IMG/VR virus record: IMGVR_UViG_3300031134_000001
Span: 32,001-96,000 of that record
Length of the DNA stretch: 64,000 nt
Direction: 5' to 3' (one strand)
Source of the DNA: a virus
Lineage: Duplodnaviria > Caudoviricetes
Shown: positions 19,709 to 30,199 of the stretch, piece by piece
Layout: every line of letters begins with the position of its first letter
Numbering within the stretch: position 1 is the stretch's first letter
The notes under the pieces: model-generated
What the model saw: the letters and a program-made list of their open reading frames with translations, nothing else
Told to the model about the DNA's origin: nothing
Database searches by the model: none
Translations under genes and position numbers: made by a program

Positions 19709-22276
19709 ATGGCTGACTATCTGGTTAAACAAGCCATCCAAAACATCTGGTGCACGCCTGAGCAGGATCAACAGTCCAACTTCAAGTTGGGCAAGATCAC
19801 GCGCTATGGTGGTGTGTATACCAAGGTGGAAGTGATGTGGCGGGAATACGTCCTGCCTGTTCCGGGCGTTTTGTTTCACTGCTATCAAATCGGTAATATC
19901 GGTCCACACCATCTGGGACTGACTTCGCCACCAGCGCCGGGCTTCTGGATGCGGATGCCCGAAGTGTGCGAGAAAGAAGAAACCATCATCGACTTGTACA
20001 CAGTCAGTGGTCGGCAATCGCCGCGTGTGTTGGCCTGGTATACGATCACGGATGATCGGGCCTTGATCATCGCTGTACAAAAGCATCCCCGTGTGGACAT
20101 CAACTACGATACAGAAGCGTTGTATCTGCGGGTCTATCACAACGCGTACTACGGTTCGGTGCGGCGCGATGTAACGCGAGACTTCATCGAAGTGCGCGGT
20201 GGTATTCCCCGTAACGTCGATGAGATCCGCGCGATCCAGACCATGTACTTGAAAGCCAAAGAGCGTGGTGTTGCATACGCGTTCATCAACGGTTATTTGG
20301 TGGACCAACTCGACCTGTTGACAGTGCAGATTGATGACGTCATCGAGTACGTGTACGATGGTTCGATCTACGCGGTTGAAGACTTGATCATCGGTCAGCT
20401 GCCAGTGTTTGACAGCACGATGGATGCTAAACGCAAGTACCTGATCCACGCGCTGCAATCGATCAAGACCAACATCACGTACCATGACGATGTGGATGTG
20501 TTCCTGTTTAAGAAAGAACCACAGGGACGCTTTAAGGGCGTGTACTTCCACCGTAACCAAAAGGACGCTGTGCGGCAAGTTACGCATGCGGACTTTTCCA
20601 TTTCGATCCAGTATCTCGATGCGTTCTTGCATACGCTGCCAGATTGGGACAACACCAACGACTTGACCATCCGGTTACAGATGCGTCACTCGGGTTACCG
20701 TCGGCCTCTCTCAGGGGAAGCGAACCGCATCAAAGAACTGTACAAGTTGCCAGACGCTGAGATCGTTAAAGCCATGGTCGGTGTAGATGCTGTTGTGCCG
20801 GAGTGGCAAGCAGCCAATCTGGAAGCCTCGGCGTACGCCAAGATCATGCGGGCCAGTACGATGGAAGTTACCGCAGCGCTGGTGCAAGAAGCTTACGGTT
20901 ACAACGCCATGAGTCAAATCTTGGCACCCACGCCGCAGTTCGTTAAGAACGTCTCGACCGTGGGCGTGGTGGACATTCCACCGAACCTGCAATACCGCAG
21001 CACGGTGTACGAATACGACTTCGATGGCCATCTGTTGGGTTGGCATTTGCATACGCTGGGCGCTCGGTGGATCACCCGTAACCCAGCGGCACGCATGGTG
21101 CAGATCATGTCGGGCTACGGCGTTAAGCGTATCGACGAACGTTACGGCGCGCAGATCATGACGCTGGATAACAATCTGGATTACCGGGCGTATGTTTGCA
21201 CGATCGTCAATGGCTCACCCGACAACATCTGGCAGGACGTCACCGACTCGGGTTCGTACACCGTCTCAGGCGGTTCGATCCATTGGTTAACTTCGGCAAG
21301 CACCACGTACACCATGGTGCGCAGTAACCTGGATTTCCTGTGCTACGACTTAGCGCTGCCAGTACAAGCTGGTGTGCTGGCGTTTAGTTTGACGTCCGAG
21401 CAAGACCGCGGACTGGGTCACGTGAACACCGTTATGCAAGTGCAGATGGGTGAACTCGATGTCTGGTTAAACAAGAAGGCATTGGTGGAAGGTATCGACT
21501 ACATCGTGAACTTCCCGCGTGTGGTGATCATCAACAAGAAGTACATCGACCATAAGAAAGCGGCTCAAGACATCACCGTGCGTTTCTGCGGTCATGCCAA
21601 AGCGGACATGACTCGTGCTGTGCTGGGTGACCGTGGCTTCGTTAGTCATGGCGTACTGTCGAACAACAACAAGTTCGATATCCGTGATGACAAGGTGCTG
21701 CACATCTCCGTGGGCGGCGGCGTGTACGATCGGAGCGAACTGACGTTTGCGGAAGAACACAGCGGCGTGAATGTTGAAGGCGTACCCAACGGTTCGCCGT
21801 ATGTGGTGCGTGATGTCGTGGTGCCGATGCGTGGTACAACCAATGCGAAAACGTATGAGCTGCGTGATAAAGCTTTGGTGACCGATGAAAACGTCAGTGA
21901 CTATTTGACGCTCAAATTACCACCACCAACCTACGACAATCCAAGTGCAATCAAAGAGCGCTATCCAGTCTACAGTCCCTTCGTTTCGGCGTTGATTGAC
22001 GACTTGGCTAGTGGCGACTTTAGTGATGAGCGGATCTTCGAGCATTACAACGACGACATGCTCAAGTCGATGTGCGCTTACTACGAGCCGCTGCTGGCGT
22101 TTGAACCAACGCGGGCACCCAACGTCGTCGATACGCATTACGTGAGCGTGCAGCCCTATTACAAGGACGCGGTGACGAATCTGGGGTTGTTTGAATACCG
22201 CTTCCTTTCACGCGCCGTTTCACTTTACTTAAACAACGCAATTGAACTGTCACACTTCGTGACCGTTACGGCGTAA
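19709..22276 (+). CDS. Virion structural / baseplate-region protein (phiKZ gp27-like)
   Basis: 855 aa; N-terminus DYLVKQAIQNIWCTPEQD typical of this family; synteny. Confidence 0.75.
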   Translation: MADYLVKQAIQNIWCTPEQDQQSNFKLGKITRYGGVYTKVEVMWREYVLPVPGVLFHCYQIGNIGPHHLGLTSPPAPGFWMRMPEVCEKEETIIDLYTVSGRQSPRVLAWYTITDDRALIIAVQKHPRVDINYDTEALYLRVYHNAYYGSVRRDVTRDFIEVRGGIPRNVDEIRAIQTMYLKAKERGVAYAFINGYLVDQLDLLTVQIDDVIEYVYDGSIYAVEDLIIGQLPVFDSTMDAKRKYLIHALQSIKTNITYHDDVDVFLFKKEPQGRFKGVYFHRNQKDAVRQVTHADFSISIQYLDAFLHTLPDWDNTNDLTIRLQMRHSGYRRPLSGEANRIKELYKLPDAEIVKAMVGVDAVVPEWQAANLEASAYAKIMRASTMEVTAALVQEAYGYNAMSQILAPTPQFVKNVSTVGVVDIPPNLQYRSTVYEYDFDGHLLGWHLHTLGARWITRNPAARMVQIMSGYGVKRIDERYGAQIMTLDNNLDYRAYVCTIVNGSPDNIWQDVTDSGSYTVSGGSIHWLTSASTTYTMVRSNLDFLCYDLALPVQAGVLAFSLTSEQDRGLGHVNTVMQVQMGELDVWLNKKALVEGIDYIVNFPRVVIINKKYIDHKKAAQDITVRFCGHAKADMTRAVLGDRGFVSHGVLSNNNKFDIRDDKVLHISVGGGVYDRSELTFAEEHSGVNVEGVPNGSPYVVRDVVVPMRGTTNAKTYELRDKALVTDENVSDYLTLKLPPPTYDNPSAIKERYPVYSPFVSALIDDLASGDFSDERIFEHYNDDMLKSMCAYYEPLLAFEPTRAPNVVDTHYVSVQPYYKDAVTNLGLFEYRFLSRAVSLYLNNAIELSHFVTVTA

Positions 22277-22286
22277 CGGAGAAAAC

Positions 22287-24011
22287 ATGGCAACTAATAA
22301 CACGGTCGCGCTGAACGGCGCGGCCATTCCCGTCATGGCATTGAGCACAGTCGGTGTTGTAGGTACCGATGGTGTCGTGCCAGTGTACGATCCTGATGCA
22401 CGCTGGGCACAGTGGGCTTTGCATGAAGTCTACGTGGGCAAAGCTGGCGCCAAGCGCTACGTGCCGAAAGTGGGTGACTGGGTCGTCGACACGCCTGCCG
22501 CCAAGTTCTACGAGGTGACGGAAATCGACGTGACCACGCTCATCCCACGCATGAAGTCGATCCGGCCTTTGGTGCAAGACCAGGAGTTCAGCAACGCTGA
22601 CATGATCCTCGGTGTGGGTCCGGGCGGTATCTCCGATACGTTCCGCGCTTACCTGAACAAGAACGTGTTGCCGTACACCTTGACCATCGACGCCCGTCTA
22701 CACACGTACTCCTCGGAAGCGGAAAGCTTTACGGTGTTTCGTGGTACCGACATCGAAGGCACGGCCAAACCGATCAGCCAGATGTACAACCAATCGAGCG
22801 AATTGATTGGCACGGCTATCCCACTGACGCTGGCAGCGATCGATGGTAACAACCGTACAGTCAAGTCGTTCCCGATGTGCTACACGACTGAAGACATGCC
22901 TAACGGCGAGAAGGTCGTCTTGATCGTGTTTGCAGACGGCAGTCACCAAGTGTCTAAAGTCGAGCTGTTGATCGAGAACACGGAATTCGTTCCATCGGCT
23001 GACAACTCGCTCAAGCAGATCACCAACATCAGTCTGGAGTCGCCGTTCATTTCGCCGTCGGACCCGAACGTCTTGAGCTTCCCGCTGAACGTCATGATGA
23101 ATGGTCTGTCGCTCATGGGTGTGGTGCACTACAACGACGGCAGCAAACTGCGCCTGCCGGTGAACGATACCCGCTTCTCGCTGCGTGGTCTGGATAACTT
23201 CGTCTCCACCTACGCTGGCCAGAAGTTTGACCTGGTGCTGGACTACAAGCTGGCCCCTGAAGAAGTGACGGTGGGATTGCAGACCACACCAGCGCGGTCG
23301 GTCACGCGTCGTTACGAAGGCATCACCACCAACTTCGAAGGCATGTACTCGCCGAAGCTGTATGGCTTCCCAGTGTGGATCAACTCGGTGCGTGGTTACC
23401 GGATCGAATGGTGGCTCTACGACATGGAGCGTCGCCTGGCGCAACTGGTGACGCCGTTCGTGCAGTACAACGCCAATTCGCGTCCGTTCGACCCAACCGG
23501 CTACGGCTTTAAGCAATCGATCGGCGTGACGATCAACCTTAAGGATGTCAATCCATCGGGTCTGGCGTTGAACCACGTGCAAGCTGTCGACTTCGTTCTG
23601 CGTCAGCAAGGCACCGCGCGTACAACGAACTGGGCTGTTGGTTTCATCCCGAACCAAGAAGTGCTGTTCGGCGAAAACAACTTCGCTAAGATGACGCTCA
23701 TCGATCAGAACCAGATGCAGCTGGACATCACGTGCGGTGAGACTACCCAAGTTGGCTGGTTAGAACGCCTGTACCGCCTGGTGCATCCGTTGTCGGACCC
23801 AGGTCGTGAAAGCCGTGCACCAAACCCGACGCACTTCTCGGTGTGCACGCCTGAATGGGAAGTGGCTTACCCAATCGGTCAATGGAACAAAAAGCTTGTC
23901 TTGAATTACACGGTGCCAAACAACGGTACTTTGTTCATCAAGTTCTTCATCCGTACGGCTGAAACTGACATTCACCTGTCAGTCGCGGGTATTCCCGTGT
24001 ATAGCCAGTAA
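22287..24011 (+). CDS. Virion structural protein (phiKZ gp26-like)
   Basis: 574 aa; WALHEVYVG and RYVPKVGDWVVD; lies before the terminase. Confidence 0.75.
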   Translation: MATNNTVALNGAAIPVMALSTVGVVGTDGVVPVYDPDARWAQWALHEVYVGKAGAKRYVPKVGDWVVDTPAAKFYEVTEIDVTTLIPRMKSIRPLVQDQEFSNADMILGVGPGGISDTFRAYLNKNVLPYTLTIDARLHTYSSEAESFTVFRGTDIEGTAKPISQMYNQSSELIGTAIPLTLAAIDGNNRTVKSFPMCYTTEDMPNGEKVVLIVFADGSHQVSKVELLIENTEFVPSADNSLKQITNISLESPFISPSDPNVLSFPLNVMMNGLSLMGVVHYNDGSKLRLPVNDTRFSLRGLDNFVSTYAGQKFDLVLDYKLAPEEVTVGLQTTPARSVTRRYEGITTNFEGMYSPKLYGFPVWINSVRGYRIEWWLYDMERRLAQLVTPFVQYNANSRPFDPTGYGFKQSIGVTINLKDVNPSGLALNHVQAVDFVLRQQGTARTTNWAVGFIPNQEVLFGENNFAKMTLIDQNQMQLDITCGETTQVGWLERLYRLVHPLSDPGRESRAPNPTHFSVCTPEWEVAYPIGQWNKKLVLNYTVPNNGTLFIKFFIRTAETDIHLSVAGIPVYSQ

Positions 24012-24020
24012 GGCCAACAT

Positions 24021-24064
24021 CCCCACTACCATGCGGTGGTGGGGAGTTTCCCGGTCTATGACGT
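24021..24064 (+). terminator. Hairpin with GGTCTATGAC motif upstream of the terminase
   Basis: CCCCACTACC-ATGC-GGTGGTGGGG stem, then TATGACG at 24057. Confidence 0.55.
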
Positions 24065-24080
24065 TCTTCGAAAGTACATC

Positions 24081-26264
24081 ATGATTCTGTTTTTAGAAGA
24101 TTGGTTAAAGTATCCCAACGCTATACCGCACAAGAACACCCGCAATGAATCTTGGTTTTACATGGCCCAAGTCTACAAAGCCATGGGTGTTAAAAATCAC
24201 ATGTTCCTGCTAGCGTTGATCAATCCGCTGCTGCAATATGTCGATCCGCATTCCCCGAATTTAACGCAAGAACAAAAGGATATGGTCTTGGCCGAGTGCA
24301 AGATCAATCCTTGGTACTACTTCCGCGAAGTCGCGCGCATTCCAGCAGGTGTGGGTTTGCCAGACGAACCAGTCAAAGCCAACCGCGGTAACATCGCAGC
24401 ATGGTGGTGCTTCTTCAATCACATCACCATCACCATGATTCAACCCCGTCAGACGGGTAAGTCATACACCATCTACGAGCTCGACGTGTACTTGATGACT
24501 GTGCTGTGCCAAGGCACGAACATGAATCTGTTTACCAAAGACGAAAAGCTGCGTAAAGATGCGGTGGACATTATCAAGAAGATCTTTGACACGCTACCGG
24601 AGTATCTGGATTTACGCAACAAGCGCACCGATGCGAACAACACCGAAGAGATCACGGTCAATCTCTTGGAGAACAAACTGCGCACGTTCGTGCCACGTTC
24701 GTCGGAGAAAGATGCCAACAACGTGGGTCGTGGTTTCGGCTCGCCCGTTAACCACGTCGACGAAGCGGCGTTCTGCGGCAATGCCCACATCTCGATGCCA
24801 GCGCTGTTCTCGGCAGGTAACGCCAAACGTGACATGGCCAAGCGCTCCGGCGCGCCGTACTGCAACATCATCACCACAACGGCCGGTAAGCTCGATAGTG
24901 CAGAAGGTAAGTTCGTCTACGAGAACTACATCTTGGCTTCTATGCCAATGACTGAGCACATCTACGATCAGCAAAACGAAGAAGCCTTGGCTGATTTCGT
25001 CAAACGTAATGCTGGTGGTAATCTGCAAATCTCGATCATCATGAGTCACCGCCAACTCGGCTTGTCCGATGAATGGTTGTGGGAAGCGATGAATGAGACG
25101 AAGACGTTTGGTGATGCGGCTGACCGAGATTACTTCAACGTCTGGACCTCGGGTACGGAATCGCATCCATTGTCGCCTGCATTGCTCAAGCGTATCGTCG
25201 CATCGCAAAACGATGTGTTCTACGACCAGTACTTCCCGCACCAGAAATACTTCATTCGCTGGAATGTGAATGAGTGTAATCTGGAGAACTACATGCGGCA
25301 TTCTAAACTCATCCTCGGGGTCGACCCATCGTCTGCTAACAACAACGATGATATCGCACTTGTGTGGGTGGATGCGGCAACGCTCGATGTGGTGGCCAGT
25401 GCGACGGTAAACGAAACGAACATCCTGATGTTTGGTAACTGGATGGCGATGCACTTGGTGGAGAACAAGAACGTGACCTTGGTCATTGAATCGAAGTCTA
25501 CCGGTGAAGCGCTGCGTGACATGATGCTACAGATCCTGCCGTCGTTTGGTGAAGATCCTTACAAGCGCATGTTTAACACAATCGTGCAAGACAAAGACGA
25601 TTATCCAGAACGTTACGATGTGGTGCGTTTACCGATGAGTCGTCGGGACAACACCATGTACACGTTGAACAAGTCGGCCTTTGGTTTCGTAACTGCTGCT
25701 AGCGGCCGGTTTGCCCGTAGCGACCTGTACGGTAACACGCTGCAAGAAGCAGCCAAGCGCGGTGGCAACAAAGTGTACGACCGGCGTTTGATTAACCAGA
25801 TCACCAGTCTGGTCAAGAAGAACGAGCGGGTTGACCACCAAAACGGTAAGCACGATGACTTGGTGGTGGCGTGGTTGCTCTGTCATTGGTTCCTGTCCAA
25901 CGGCAAACACATGGCGGTCTATGGCATTCAGGACGTCATGACGCAAGTGGGCGACGAACGTGAAGTGACGTACGAAGAACACTTGGCCCTGCAAGCGCAA
26001 AAGCAACTGCGTGAACAGATCGATACGTTAGGGCAGGATCTGGAAGATTGTGCTGATCCGTATTTGGCTGAGAAGCTGGAACACCAGCTGCGATTCTTGG
26101 CACAGAACATCGTGTACCAGCCAGGCGACTTGACAAGTGTTGACCAGATGTTGGCCGACATCAAAGAGCGCAAGAAGAAACGCAGTCAAACTTCGTCGCT
26201 CAATCGTAGCGATGAAGCAGTGAACGATACCGACTTCTATCGGAAAATGATGGGCATGCGGTAA
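24081..26264 (+). CDS. terL: Terminase large subunit (phiKZ gp25-like)
   Basis: Walker A QPRQTGKS, Walker B HVDEAAF, TTT motif III, nuclease LGVDPS and HDDLVVAW. Start moved to ATG 24081 (MILFLEDW). Confidence 0.93.
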   Translation: MILFLEDWLKYPNAIPHKNTRNESWFYMAQVYKAMGVKNHMFLLALINPLLQYVDPHSPNLTQEQKDMVLAECKINPWYYFREVARIPAGVGLPDEPVKANRGNIAAWWCFFNHITITMIQPRQTGKSYTIYELDVYLMTVLCQGTNMNLFTKDEKLRKDAVDIIKKIFDTLPEYLDLRNKRTDANNTEEITVNLLENKLRTFVPRSSEKDANNVGRGFGSPVNHVDEAAFCGNAHISMPALFSAGNAKRDMAKRSGAPYCNIITTTAGKLDSAEGKFVYENYILASMPMTEHIYDQQNEEALADFVKRNAGGNLQISIIMSHRQLGLSDEWLWEAMNETKTFGDAADRDYFNVWTSGTESHPLSPALLKRIVASQNDVFYDQYFPHQKYFIRWNVNECNLENYMRHSKLILGVDPSSANNNDDIALVWVDAATLDVVASATVNETNILMFGNWMAMHLVENKNVTLVIESKSTGEALRDMMLQILPSFGEDPYKRMFNTIVQDKDDYPERYDVVRLPMSRRDNTMYTLNKSAFGFVTAASGRFARSDLYGNTLQEAAKRGGNKVYDRRLINQITSLVKKNERVDHQNGKHDDLVVAWLLCHWFLSNGKHMAVYGIQDVMTQVGDEREVTYEEHLALQAQKQLREQIDTLGQDLEDCADPYLAEKLEHQLRFLAQNIVYQPGDLTSVDQMLADIKERKKKRSQTSSLNRSDEAVNDTDFYRKMMGMR

Positions 26265-26276
26265 GTCTTTTTTGTA

Positions 26277-26337
26277 GTGACGGCATAGTTCCCCATGGCC
26301 CTTGCGGGCCACGGGGGCTATTGCAGTATGCCGTCAC
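26277..26337. terminator. Bidirectional hairpin closed by an 11-bp inverted repeat
   Basis: GTGACGGCATA ... TATGCCGTCAC flanking an inner GC stem at a convergent junction. Confidence 0.75.
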
Positions 26338-26731
26338 CCACAGCAGCGACGATCCGTGTTTCCAACAAATCTAAGTACGCATTGACTTGCCGAATCCGAA
26401 TCATCGAATCGAAGTTCCAGCGATGCACCAAAGACGGAATGTCGACATCAAGCTCACATGCTTTTCGCAATGGCTCTGGTGCGTCGTGCCCTACCACCGA
26501 AAAGACGTTGTAGCTATACAAGGTGCGGTTAGGCACATACCAGCGATTGTAACGCACGTGGTATTCTCGACGATGGCAGTAGATGGCAATTTCAAACCCG
26601 CGTACGGTAAAGCCCCGCAAATCTCCCAGCGCATTTTCTGGCCGTTTGATTTCCGTTACTGTATTCGTGCCACGTAAATACTCAAACAACATCAAACTTC
26701 CACTAGCAAAAAACTTCAAGAATTTCAGCAT
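26318..26731 (-). CDS. Hypothetical protein
   Basis: 137-aa ORF downstream of the 409-aa gene; AT-richer codon use. Confidence 0.6.
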   Translation of the reverse strand: MLKFLKFFASGSLMLFEYLRGTNTVTEIKRPENALGDLRGFTVRGFEIAIYCHRREYHVRYNRWYVPNRTLYSYNVFSVVGHDAPEPLRKACELDVDIPSLVHRWNFDSMIRIRQVNAYLDLLETRIVAAVGDGILQ

Positions 26732-26760
26732 GTCGCATCCCTAGTGAGAGGTGACGACTG

Positions 26761-27990
26761 CTATGTGTTGGCGTAATGCCTTTTGGCGAGACTGCGCAAC
26801 ACAATGTACAGAAGTACCCCTGTGCGGATAGGTGGTAAAAGGCTCACGTTGCGGGTGCCAGTTGCTTCCCTCACCATGTCTTCAGTCCGTCGGCGAATAT
26901 CCATCAGGATAGGATCGGTCGAACGGGCTGCTGTATACACACCACGTAACTTCGCCAACAGGGCAGGTAGGTCATGCGGGTTTTGTAGTGCGTCGGCATT
27001 GTGAGCCAAGTAATCGAAACAGTGCACCATGATTTCCTGGGTCAGGTCTTGCAGCTTGTGCGCTTGATGACCTTGGAAATGCTCCGACAACCATTCCAGT
27101 GTTCCCCGGAATAAGCTAGGCGGCATGGTTTGTACCATCCCTTCGATGACAGTCAACAGTTCTTCTCGCAGGAAGCTTGATTTGTCAGGAATGATGGACT
27201 GGATGTAGCGGGTGTAATTGGCCAAGCTCTTGGTTTTATCCTTGAGGATCTCTTTGCCATCGTGCTCGACAGTTTGCGATACTGCGATGATGCGTTTACC
27301 CGATGCGTTGATTTGGTAGTGCATACCAGCGATCAAGCGCAGCGTTTTGCGTAAGCGGGTTTGGATGTCGTTGACGATCTTTTCGATCTCACGGTCGTCA
27401 CCCATTTTTTGGAAGTGCTTAAAGCGTGGTGCTTTTTCGTCGAGGATGTCTTCTGCGCGTTTGCGCAAGTACGCTCCCCAACTGCCAGCTTGTTTCAGAT
27501 CGAACTTCATCGACAACGACGCATAGGTCGCTTCCGCCACCGACTTGTCGGCAGGGTAGATGAAGTGACGATACAGCCGGCTGGTTAAGAACTTGTACTG
27601 CATGACTAAGATGACCGAGATCATTGCGTCGCGCTTTAACCCATCGGGGATATTGGGCGCGTTCAAGATTACGTGGGTCAGCCAGATGCAAGACAGGTTC
27701 ATGGCGTCAGATGCCACTTGGTGATCCCGGTGCACTGTTGGAAGCTTGAACAACGCTTCTTGCAGTGTGTCTTCATCTGTGTGCAAAATCTCATCGAACC
27801 AGACCAGACGATCCGAATCGGTAAAGCGCACAATCTGAACACCGGTTAAGTGACCACCGAAGAACTTGACGTGTTCATCGTTCTTGGCCACAAACGCCAA
27901 AGCGTATGCGACGACTTTCTTGGCTAAGATTGAATCAACAATCACATCCGGGCATTGTTGCTCAAATACGTTACGTACAAGTAAACTCAT
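26761..27990 (-). CDS. Hypothetical protein, probably a conserved jumbo-phage gene
   Basis: AAAGGA SD before ATG 27990 (MSLLVRNVF); 409 aa, helical; function not recognised. Confidence 0.75.
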   Translation of the reverse strand: MSLLVRNVFEQQCPDVIVDSILAKKVVAYALAFVAKNDEHVKFFGGHLTGVQIVRFTDSDRLVWFDEILHTDEDTLQEALFKLPTVHRDHQVASDAMNLSCIWLTHVILNAPNIPDGLKRDAMISVILVMQYKFLTSRLYRHFIYPADKSVAEATYASLSMKFDLKQAGSWGAYLRKRAEDILDEKAPRFKHFQKMGDDREIEKIVNDIQTRLRKTLRLIAGMHYQINASGKRIIAVSQTVEHDGKEILKDKTKSLANYTRYIQSIIPDKSSFLREELLTVIEGMVQTMPPSLFRGTLEWLSEHFQGHQAHKLQDLTQEIMVHCFDYLAHNADALQNPHDLPALLAKLRGVYTAARSTDPILMDIRRRTEDMVREATGTRNVSLLPPIRTGVLLYIVLRSLAKRHYANT

Positions 27991-28043
27991 GGAAGTTTTT
28001 CCTTTGGGACAAGGTTCACAAGATGAGACTCCGTAAACCATGC

Positions 28044-28087
28044 TGACGGCATAAAGCCCCACCGAGTCACCCCGGCGAGGCTTTATT
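28044..28087 (-). terminator. Hairpin with TATGCCGTCA tail
   Basis: ATAAAGCC/GGCTTTAT outer stem; GACGGCATA on the + strand. Confidence 0.6.
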
Positions 28088-28104
28088 AGTCGATGGCGAA
28101 AAGA

Positions 28105-28797
28105 TTACTTCGCTTGACGGGCGGCGCGCGCTTTGACGTAGTCGCCGAAGTTGCGCACCACTTTACCGCCCAGGGCGATGACCATGGATTCCATGGCGAC
28201 CACGAGCTCTGGGCTGTTGGTGATGACGGTTGGGCTTTCCGAGTCCAGCACCTGATCAGGCACGACGTCGTCGATCAGGACGGTGACGTTTTCTGGGTTA
28301 TCGGACGTGGCCAGGATTTCCGTGACGTCCTTGACGGTGTCAGGCGTGACCTGGGTTTCGTCGATAGCGTACAGCGTTTCGAACGCGCTGTCGTCGGTTG
28401 GTGCAGTGTCGCTGATCGAATCAGCCAGGCTCGATGCCACGACCGAGTCGATGGCTTGCGATTCCAGCACGATGTTGCCGACTTCCGAGATGATCGCCGC
28501 TTCGACGGTCTCTTGGGTCTCGCCTTCAGCTGGCTTGAGGTTGCTGGTATCGACTTCGGCTTCGTCTTCAGCCGGCGGTGGCGTCTCGCCTTCGACTGGT
28601 GCTGGCGGCGTCTCGCCTTCAGCTGGGGCATTCTTGTCGTAGGTCTTGGCCAGGGCTTCGGAGTACACGTCAGCCAGTGGACCTTTCATGACAACGGTGG
28701 TGTCTTCGGTAGCTGGGTTGACAGCGTTGACATCGAAGTCTTCCATCGCCAGGTGGTGGCGGGAGCGGGTACCGAACAGATTGCGCATATGGGACAT
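28105..28797 (-). CDS. Acidic putative head protein with protease-type sites
   Basis: 230 aa; LAME, IVLE and VAME sites resemble A/S-x-E processing motifs; EGET repeated three times. Confidence 0.6.
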   Translation of the reverse strand: MSHMRNLFGTRSRHHLAMEDFDVNAVNPATEDTTVVMKGPLADVYSEALAKTYDKNAPAEGETPPAPVEGETPPPAEDEAEVDTSNLKPAEGETQETVEAAIISEVGNIVLESQAIDSVVASSLADSISDTAPTDDSAFETLYAIDETQVTPDTVKDVTEILATSDNPENVTVLIDDVVPDQVLDSESPTVITNSPELVVAMESMVIALGGKVVRNFGDYVKARAARQAK

Positions 28798-29271
28798 TGC
28801 AAGTTTCCTTCACGTGGGTAAAAAAGATCTGAGTTAACACACGCTAATTTGAAGCGATGCGTTTCACAGTATGGTTAAGCACAGAATGTGGGTCAAGGAA
28901 CGTTAGTTGTCTAAAAGACAACGCGCGCCCTTTACGTACATGTATTTCTGTTTTTTCAAGCGGCTACGCTTTAAGGTGGATGTATTCCAAATAATACCCT
29001 TGTCTTTGTTTTTATTCATTTATCTTTAGTGTTATTAGAGAAGCGCCCCTAAGGCGCGGATCGCTAGGCTACGCTGTAAATGTTTCCTCCGGTAAAAAAA
29101 TACAGTGAGGTACAAGATGTTTATGCATTGTAGCGAGTGGAACGAGCGGTCGGTAACGAACGGCGCGGTAGCAGAGTGAAGTTAGTAGGAAAACCAACTA
29201 CGTTTGGGGGAGAGGGGGGCAACTTACCCTAGGACCCGCATAGCGGGGCCTCTATCTAACAAGCAAAACTA

Positions 29272-29775
29272 ATGGGGGGTAAGGTGATTGAAAAGCTGTT
29301 GTTAAGTATGCCATACAAGTTCGTACAAATCGAGTACCAAGGGAAGAAGTTTTGGGGAATAGCGGCAAATCCCAGAACGATCCACCATATACAAGAGTTT
29401 CGTCGTTACGTAATCAACGCCAAGTTGTTTACGCTTAAGGAGCTACGACAAATTCAAATTGGTGCGGTCGCGCAAGATGAATCGGAAGACCTGCGTATGT
29501 GGATCTATCACGCGATTTGCGAACGTACTGATCTGGTGACCAAAGGACGTTGGCTCTTTTATTTCAACGACAACAGTGAGCTGGTCATCACAACGTACGC
29601 TGATCAAGAACTGGGCATCGCGCCAGTGATCGCAACGCCTACCAGTCATTCACTCAAGGAGTACGATGATTTGTTGGAAGTCGTGGCGCGTCAGAAAGAA
29701 GGCGTAGACATCAGTCTGCGAATTCGTGACTTACAATCCAAACGCGTCGACATCAACTGTAGTAAGCGTGGATAA
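29272..29775 (+). CDS. Hypothetical protein
   Basis: 167-aa ORF ending at a UUCG hairpin; start uncertain (a later ATG is possible). Confidence 0.65.
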   Translation: MGGKVIEKLLLSMPYKFVQIEYQGKKFWGIAANPRTIHHIQEFRRYVINAKLFTLKELRQIQIGAVAQDESEDLRMWIYHAICERTDLVTKGRWLFYFNDNSELVITTYADQELGIAPVIATPTSHSLKEYDDLLEVVARQKEGVDISLRIRDLQSKRVDINCSKRG

Positions 29776-29810
29776 AGCTAACCCACCTTCGGGTGGGCTT
29801 TATGCCGTCA
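29773..29810 (+). terminator. UUCG hairpin with TATGCCGTCA
   Basis: CCCACC-TTCG-GGTGGG, then CTT-TATGCCGTC at 29801. Confidence 0.7.
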
Positions 29811-29825
29811 AAACGAAATGTAATA

Positions 29826-29849
29826 GAAAATTTCAACTCTATATCACTT
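29826..29849 (+). promoter_or_regulatory. Early promoter
   Basis: GAAAATTTCAACTC-TATATCAC-T (core 29840-29847). Confidence 0.75.
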
Positions 29850-29874
29850 AGCCGAATACCTACAGGAGTCATTC

Positions 29875-30186
29875 ATGCAACTGGATAAATTGATACTAAA
29901 AGCTAACTCCATGTCCAAAGAAGATAGCTGCCATGGAAAAATCACTAACATCATTCTTCATCAACCAGATGAAGATACCATTGCCGAACTAAAGGCTCTC
30001 AAAAAAGGGCAGCACATCAACCACATTGAGTTGCGCGATAAAGAAAGTGATGGCTACGAGGATCTCACTTACCATCGCCACGTATTTGAAGTGGTAGGTG
30101 TGTTTGAAGATGAACGTCCTTACAAGAACGTTTTTATGTTAGTTCTGCTCAACTCGATGGGCAGCTTTCGCGCCGTGTCGGAGTAA
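29875..30186 (+). CDS. Hypothetical early protein
   Basis: AGGAG SD, 103 aa. Confidence 0.7.
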   Translation: MQLDKLILKANSMSKEDSCHGKITNIILHQPDEDTIAELKALKKGQHINHIELRDKESDGYEDLTYHRHVFEVVGVFEDERPYKNVFMLVLLNSMGSFRAVSE

Positions 30187-30199
30187 AAGGAATAAAGTA

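Noticed and set aside
4199-26264. Adjacency of the vRNAP/protease block to the tube-sheath-terminase block as a novel rearrangement
   Set aside because: It differs from phiKZ but matches the order I recall for SPN3US-like phages.
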